Shown one piece after another: positions 31,341-32,000 of a stretch of 32,000 nt of DNA. The stretch is from Candidatus Saccharimonadota bacterium (GTDB lineage: Bacteria > Patescibacteriota > Gracilibacteria > BD1-5 > UBA6164): positions 120,001 to 152,000 of the forward strand of contig OZ245768.1 of the NCBI GenBank assembly GCA_965227835.1, in the 5' to 3' direction. The first letter of the stretch is position 1, and each line of letters begins with the position of its first letter. The notes beneath the pieces were generated by a model. That model worked only from the letters and a program-made list of their open reading frames with translations. It was not told the origin of the DNA and made no database searches. The position numbers were made by a program, and so were the translations under genes.

Positions 31341-32000
31341 ATGAGAAAAAATATAGAGGAACAATTAAAAAATATTTTGCTTTTAAAAAGAGAAATTTTT
31401 GTATTTTGGTTTTTTTTGATATCTTTTTTTATAATAATAACAAAAGTATTCTCATACACAGTACTTGATTATGAATATTATAAAGACTTAGCAGATAAAC
31501 AACAAATATGAAAAGTTGAAATACCTGTAACTAGATGAAATATATACACAAAAAATGGTAGTGTAATAGCTACTTCTGTAAGTTTAAATGATTTAGCAAT
31601 TGATCCTGTTTCTTATTGAGATAAAGCAAAGCTTATAGTATTCCTTAGAGATATTATTTTTGAAGAAATTTGCTTTTGAGAAAACTCAAGTGTATGTAAA
31701 AATAACCTACTTAAGTTTTTGAAGGTTCTTGATTTAGAAAACTTTAAACTAGAAAATGATTATGTCAAAGATATGATAGTGAAACAATTAGAAGAAAAAT
31801 TAAAAGAAACCAAGATAAGATCAGTTTTAGTTTATGAAGGTCTTTCAAAATTACAGATATTGGAACTTAAAGATATGAATTCAAAATGAGTTTATATAAA
31901 TAAAAATAATCTTTACATAAATCCTGAAGAAGTGTTAAATGAAAAACTACTTGCATTAAAAATTTCAAAAATTCTTCCTATAATAGAAACAAAAATTGAG
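31341..32000 (+). CDS. Penicillin-binding protein (PBP2/FtsI class), N-terminal fragment (3' end outside window)
   Basis: N-terminal TM anchor FVFWFFLISFFIIIT, then the PBP dimerisation-domain pattern YYKDLADKQQ..IPVTRGNIYTQNGSVIATSVSLNDLAIDP. Confidence 0.7.

Noticed and set aside
1-32000. Interpretation of the window as a decayed, pseudogene-rich region, because the standard-code ORF track shows only short fragments.
   Set aside because: All interruptions are TGA. Reading TGA as sense restores full-length conserved proteins with motifs intact, and TAA/TAG occur only at gene ends.
1-32000. Genetic code 4 (TGA = Trp, Mycoplasma/Spiroplasma type), suggested by the low GC content.
   Set aside because: TGA aligns with invariant Gly (HIGH, GxxGxGKT, RGRVGRG, DKGY). 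Trp positions use TGG (GDWG, LVQWEA, MTLESWS). Trp at these sites would destroy the motifs.
1-32000. Search by eye for tRNA, rRNA, tmRNA, RNase P RNA or CRISPR repeats.
   Set aside because: I found no T-loop-type GTTCGAATC-like motif with a matching acceptor stem, no rRNA-like GC-rich blocks, no GAGGAAAGTCC-type RNase P motif and no short direct-repeat/spacer array. By-eye absence is not proof.

Overview
AT-rich bacterial window that is only coherent under genetic code 25 (UGA = Gly). This points to Absconditabacteria (SR1) or Gracilibacteria in the CPR/Patescibacteria. Under the standard code nearly every gene is fragmented. With TGA read as Gly I hand-translated about 21 uninterrupted ORFs that end only in TAA or TAG. 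Housekeeping genes: recG (3' fragment), pheT, ruvB, ppa, argS, rel (RelA/SpoT), rpsO. Envelope genes: a DUF2304-GT2 fusion, a FemAB-family transferase, a type IV pilin, a PP-loop (possibly MurL-like) protein and a PBP (5' fragment). Also present: a NaChBac-type sodium channel, a SAM methyltransferase and an AAA/DUF4143 ATPase. Accessory content: (1) a 1509-aa secreted, membrane-anchored protein with five PKD-like Cys modules, a lamin-tail-like domain and a staphylococcal-nuclease domain; (2) an IS4-family element inserted two codons before that gene's original stop; (3) a tandem pair of about 720-aa SirB1/transglutaminase-like + TPR paralogs duplicated together with their promoter; (4) an IS5-family element nested inside an IS481-family transposase gene; (5) a 274-codon membrane-protein gene that is the only long gene here with no TGA codon, a canonical Shine-Dalgarno and a GC-rich terminator; (6) a 547-bp non-coding island with duplicated promoter-like blocks and hairpins. 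No rRNA, tRNA or CRISPR array was recognised. All coordinates and translations are by hand; family assignments rest on motifs, not database searches.
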